Assembly (NCBI GenBank): GCA_963806225.1
Contig: CAWDXG010000001.1
Span: 1,440,001 to 1,504,000 of the forward strand
Direction: 5' to 3'
Source of the DNA: an uncultured delta proteobacterium
GTDB lineage: Bacteria > Myxococcota_A > Polyangia > Polyangiales > Polyangiaceae
DNA length: 64,000 nucleotides
Shown: one piece after another, positions 61,556-64,000 of the stretch
Numbering within the stretch: the first letter of the stretch is position 1
Layout: the number at the start of each line of letters is the position of its first letter
Program-made: the position numbers and the translations under genes
Notes under the pieces: generated by a model
What the model was told of the DNA's origin: nothing
Databases searched by the model: none
Seen by the model: only the letters and a program-made list of their open reading frames with translations

Positions 61556-63076
61556 GTGAAGATCGCGAGGAAATTCACCTTGGCGCTGGCGCTGGCGGCG
61601 TTCGCGGTCCTGACCGTCCAGGCGGTGCTGCGCGAGCAGCGGGAGGTGTCGTTCTTCGAGGCGGACATGCAGCACGATCACCACGTGGTCGGGCGCGCGT
61701 TCGCGGCGGCCTTCACCTCGGCGTGGCAGCGCGCCGGCCACGCGGAGGCGCTCACGCTGCTGCACCGGGCCAACCGCGCGGAAAACCACGTCAAGCTGCG
61801 CTGGGTCTGGCTGGATCATCCGGCAAGCGCCGCGCGAAAGCCGCGGGCGCCCGGGGTCGACCGGAGCGCCATCGAGACGGGCCGGGACGTGACGCGCGTG
61901 GTCCGCGGCGAAGGCGGCGCGATGTACACCTACATTCCGCTGTCGCTCTCCGGCGCGGGGCACCCGAGCGCGCTGGAGCTGGCCGAGCCACTGGACGAGG
62001 AGAGCGGCTACATCCACAGCACCACCCTCCGCACGGTGGGCACGACGGTGATCCTCGGCCTCCTCTTCGTGGTTCTCGCCGTGCCGCTCGGCGGCTGGCT
62101 CGTCGGGCGACCGATGCACCGTTTGATCATGAAGGCGCGACGCATCGGCAGCGGAGATCTCACAGGCCCGCTCGTGCTCGACACGCACGACGAGCTCGGA
62201 CAGCTCGCCGACGAGATGAACGCCATGAGCGAACAGCTCGCGCACGCGCAGCGTCGCATCATGGCGGAAGCCGGCGCGCGCATCGACGCGCTCTCGCAGC
62301 TGCGCCACGCCGATCGGCTCAATACGGTCGGCAAGCTGGCTTCGGGGATCGCCCACGAGCTGGGTTCCCCGCTCAACGTGGTGGCGGCGCGGGCCAAGAT
62401 GATCGAGACCGGCAGCATCGAGGGCGAGGAGGCGCAGCATTCGGCGCGCATCATCGGCCAGCAGGCGCGGCGGATGACCGGTATCATCCGGCAGCTGCTG
62501 GAGTTCGCGCGGCCGCGCGGGCCGAAGAAGGCGCGCCACGACATCGCGCACATCGCGAAGGAAACACTCGAGATGTTGCAGCCGCTGGCGGACAAGCAGC
62601 GTGTGCGGATGTCCCTGGAACCCGCTGACTCCGGCACCGAGCTGTCATTCGACGAGGGGCAGATGAGCCAGGTGCTCACCAACCTGGTTGGCAATGCGAT
62701 CCAGGCCATGCCCGACGGCGGAGCGCTCACTGTGCGTGTCTTCGGGCGTCGTGCGACGCCGCCGCCGGAGGTTGGCGGAGCGTCGGGGGACTACGTCTGC
62801 GTGTCGGTGGAGGACGAGGGCATCGGCATGACCGAGGAGGTGCGCTCGCGCATATTCGAGCCGTTCTTCACCACCAAGGACGTGGGCGAGGGGACCGGGC
62901 TTGGACTGTCCGTTTCGTACGGGATCGTGCGGGAGCATGGAGGCTGGGTGGAGGCCGAGAGCGAGCCAGGCAAGGGCTCGACGTTCACCATCTACATTCC
63001 GGCGCGGGCTGACAGCGTGAGGCCCGAGCAGCTCGAGGACGCACCCCGGCCGCGCCGTCTGGAGGGGCGTGCGTGA
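61556..63076 (+). CDS. Membrane sensor histidine kinase (2 TM, HAMP, HisKA, HATPase)
   Basis: DELGQLADEMNAM (HAMP), GIAHELGSPL, NLVGNAIQA, DEGIG, PFFTTK, GTGLGL. Confidence 0.95.
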   Translation: MKIARKFTLALALAAFAVLTVQAVLREQREVSFFEADMQHDHHVVGRAFAAAFTSAWQRAGHAEALTLLHRANRAENHVKLRWVWLDHPASAARKPRAPGVDRSAIETGRDVTRVVRGEGGAMYTYIPLSLSGAGHPSALELAEPLDEESGYIHSTTLRTVGTTVILGLLFVVLAVPLGGWLVGRPMHRLIMKARRIGSGDLTGPLVLDTHDELGQLADEMNAMSEQLAHAQRRIMAEAGARIDALSQLRHADRLNTVGKLASGIAHELGSPLNVVAARAKMIETGSIEGEEAQHSARIIGQQARRMTGIIRQLLEFARPRGPKKARHDIAHIAKETLEMLQPLADKQRVRMSLEPADSGTELSFDEGQMSQVLTNLVGNAIQAMPDGGALTVRVFGRRATPPPEVGGASGDYVCVSVEDEGIGMTEEVRSRIFEPFFTTKDVGEGTGLGLSVSYGIVREHGGWVEAESEPGKGSTFTIYIPARADSVRPEQLEDAPRPRRLEGRA

Positions 63077-63152
63077 GGCAACCTGCCTCACCTACGACAC
63101 CGTTGCCGCGCGGGACAGCATGAAATCACGAAGGTTCCGTGCTGTGGATAGC

Positions 63153-63168
63153 GGGCACGAGGCTTGCA
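63153..63168 (+). promoter_or_regulatory. Sigma54 (-24/-12) promoter
   Basis: GGGCAC-GAGGC-TTGCA matches TGGCAC-N5-TTGC at all but the first base; intergenic, 46 nt before the ATG at 63215. Confidence 0.7.
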
Positions 63169-63214
63169 AAGCACCGCTAGGGATATTCGCCACGCAAACT
63201 GAAGGGACGAATCC

Positions 63215-63676
63215 ATGTCGAACCCGCCCTCCATCATGACCGCTCATGGCGAGACCATGAGCGAGCGCCCGGCGAACGTGTTGCTGGGCGAAGACGACCC
63301 GGAGCTCCGGAGCCTGTTGGCCGACATGCTGCGCCGCGACGGTCACGCAGTGACTGAAGCAAAGGATGGCGCCGAGCTGCTCGAGCACGTCGCTGGCACG
63401 CTGGACGACTCGGGCGAGCTTTCGACGGTCGACCTGATCGTGTCCGACATCCGCATGCCGGGCTGGACGGGCATGGAGATCCTCGAAAACCTCCGCCACG
63501 TCGACTGCTGGGCGCCCGTGATCCTGATCACGGCGTTCGGCGACCCGGACACGCACGAGATGGCGGGACGCCTGGGCGCGGTGGCGGTGTTCGACAAGCC
63601 GTTCGACATCGACGATCTGCGCACGGCCGTGCTGAACGCGCTGGCCCGGTCGCCGCAGGGGCCGCTGCAGGGGTGA
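63215..63676 (+). CDS. Single-domain response regulator (REC)
   Basis: GEDD, SDIRMPG, LITAFG, FDKPF. Confidence 0.92.
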   Translation: MSNPPSIMTAHGETMSERPANVLLGEDDPELRSLLADMLRRDGHAVTEAKDGAELLEHVAGTLDDSGELSTVDLIVSDIRMPGWTGMEILENLRHVDCWAPVILITAFGDPDTHEMAGRLGAVAVFDKPFDIDDLRTAVLNALARSPQGPLQG

Positions 63677-63734
63677 GGGGGGCCAGATCCGGGGGATCTG
63701 GCGCCGCGGGGGCCGCGCATGATACGGGTGGCGC

Positions 63735-64000
63735 GTGACTCTGGATCCACAGACTGCTCCGAACATCGCCATCTTCTGCGACTTCGAGAACGTCGCCATC
63801 GGCGTTCGCGACGCCCACTACGATAGCTTCGACATCGAGCTGGTGATCGAGCGGCTGCTCGACAAGGGCAAGATCGTCGTCAAGAAGGCGTATGCCGACT
63901 GGGAACGCTACAAGGCGTCACGTAGGCCACTACACGAGGCGGCCTTCGAGCTGATCGAGATCCCCCACGTCTCGTACTCGGGGAAGAACTCCGCGGACAT
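63735..64000 (+). CDS. NYN (LabA/DUF88, PIN-like) domain protein, partial (runs off the window)
   Basis: IAIFCDFENV...KKAYADW...GKNSAD; absent from the ORF track because there is no stop in the window. Confidence 0.88.
   Translation, partial: MTLDPQTAPNIAIFCDFENVAIGVRDAHYDSFDIELVIERLLDKGKIVVKKAYADWERYKASRRPLHEAAFELIEIPHVSYSGKNSAD

Overview
High-GC (about 70% by eye) bacterial DNA. The gene content (PEGA/TPR proteins, Cys-rich repeat lipoproteins, a eukaryote-like Ser/Thr kinase, mevalonate pathway) suggests a myxobacterium of the Polyangiaceae/Sorangiineae; this is an inference. Left part: end of a nuo operon (nuoM tail, nuoN), three tandem DUF4352-like lipoproteins, hisC, a TetR regulator, a coupled TPR/kinase/PEGA/Cys-rich lipoprotein gene run, and a PAS hybrid kinase flanked by two 5'-truncated gene remnants. 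Centre (19.5-48 kb): a mevalonate cluster (mvaA, PMK, mvaD, mvk, short-chain prenyl synthase, fni). It runs directly into a ~21 kb block of mostly polytopic membrane proteins: three MFS-split SAM-fold ('spermidine synthase-like') proteins, five GT-C-like glycosyltransferases, a UbiA prenyltransferase, a geranylgeranyl-reductase-family enzyme and a cNMP-fused nucleoside kinase. This block is the best candidate for an undescribed isoprenoid-carrier-based envelope glycosylation/methylation system. Right part: GAF and REC genes, trpF/B/A, a degenerate metallophosphoesterase, glnE, hemB, nfeD with two flotillins, a HAMP kinase, a REC protein with a sigma54-type promoter, and a partial NYN gene. Many genes have a TAnnnT box 6-9 nt before the start codon, suggesting leaderless mRNAs. 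About ten single-base frameshifts are probably sequencing errors. No rRNA, tRNA, CRISPR array or transposase was recognised. All family assignments come from motif recognition by eye; no searches were run.
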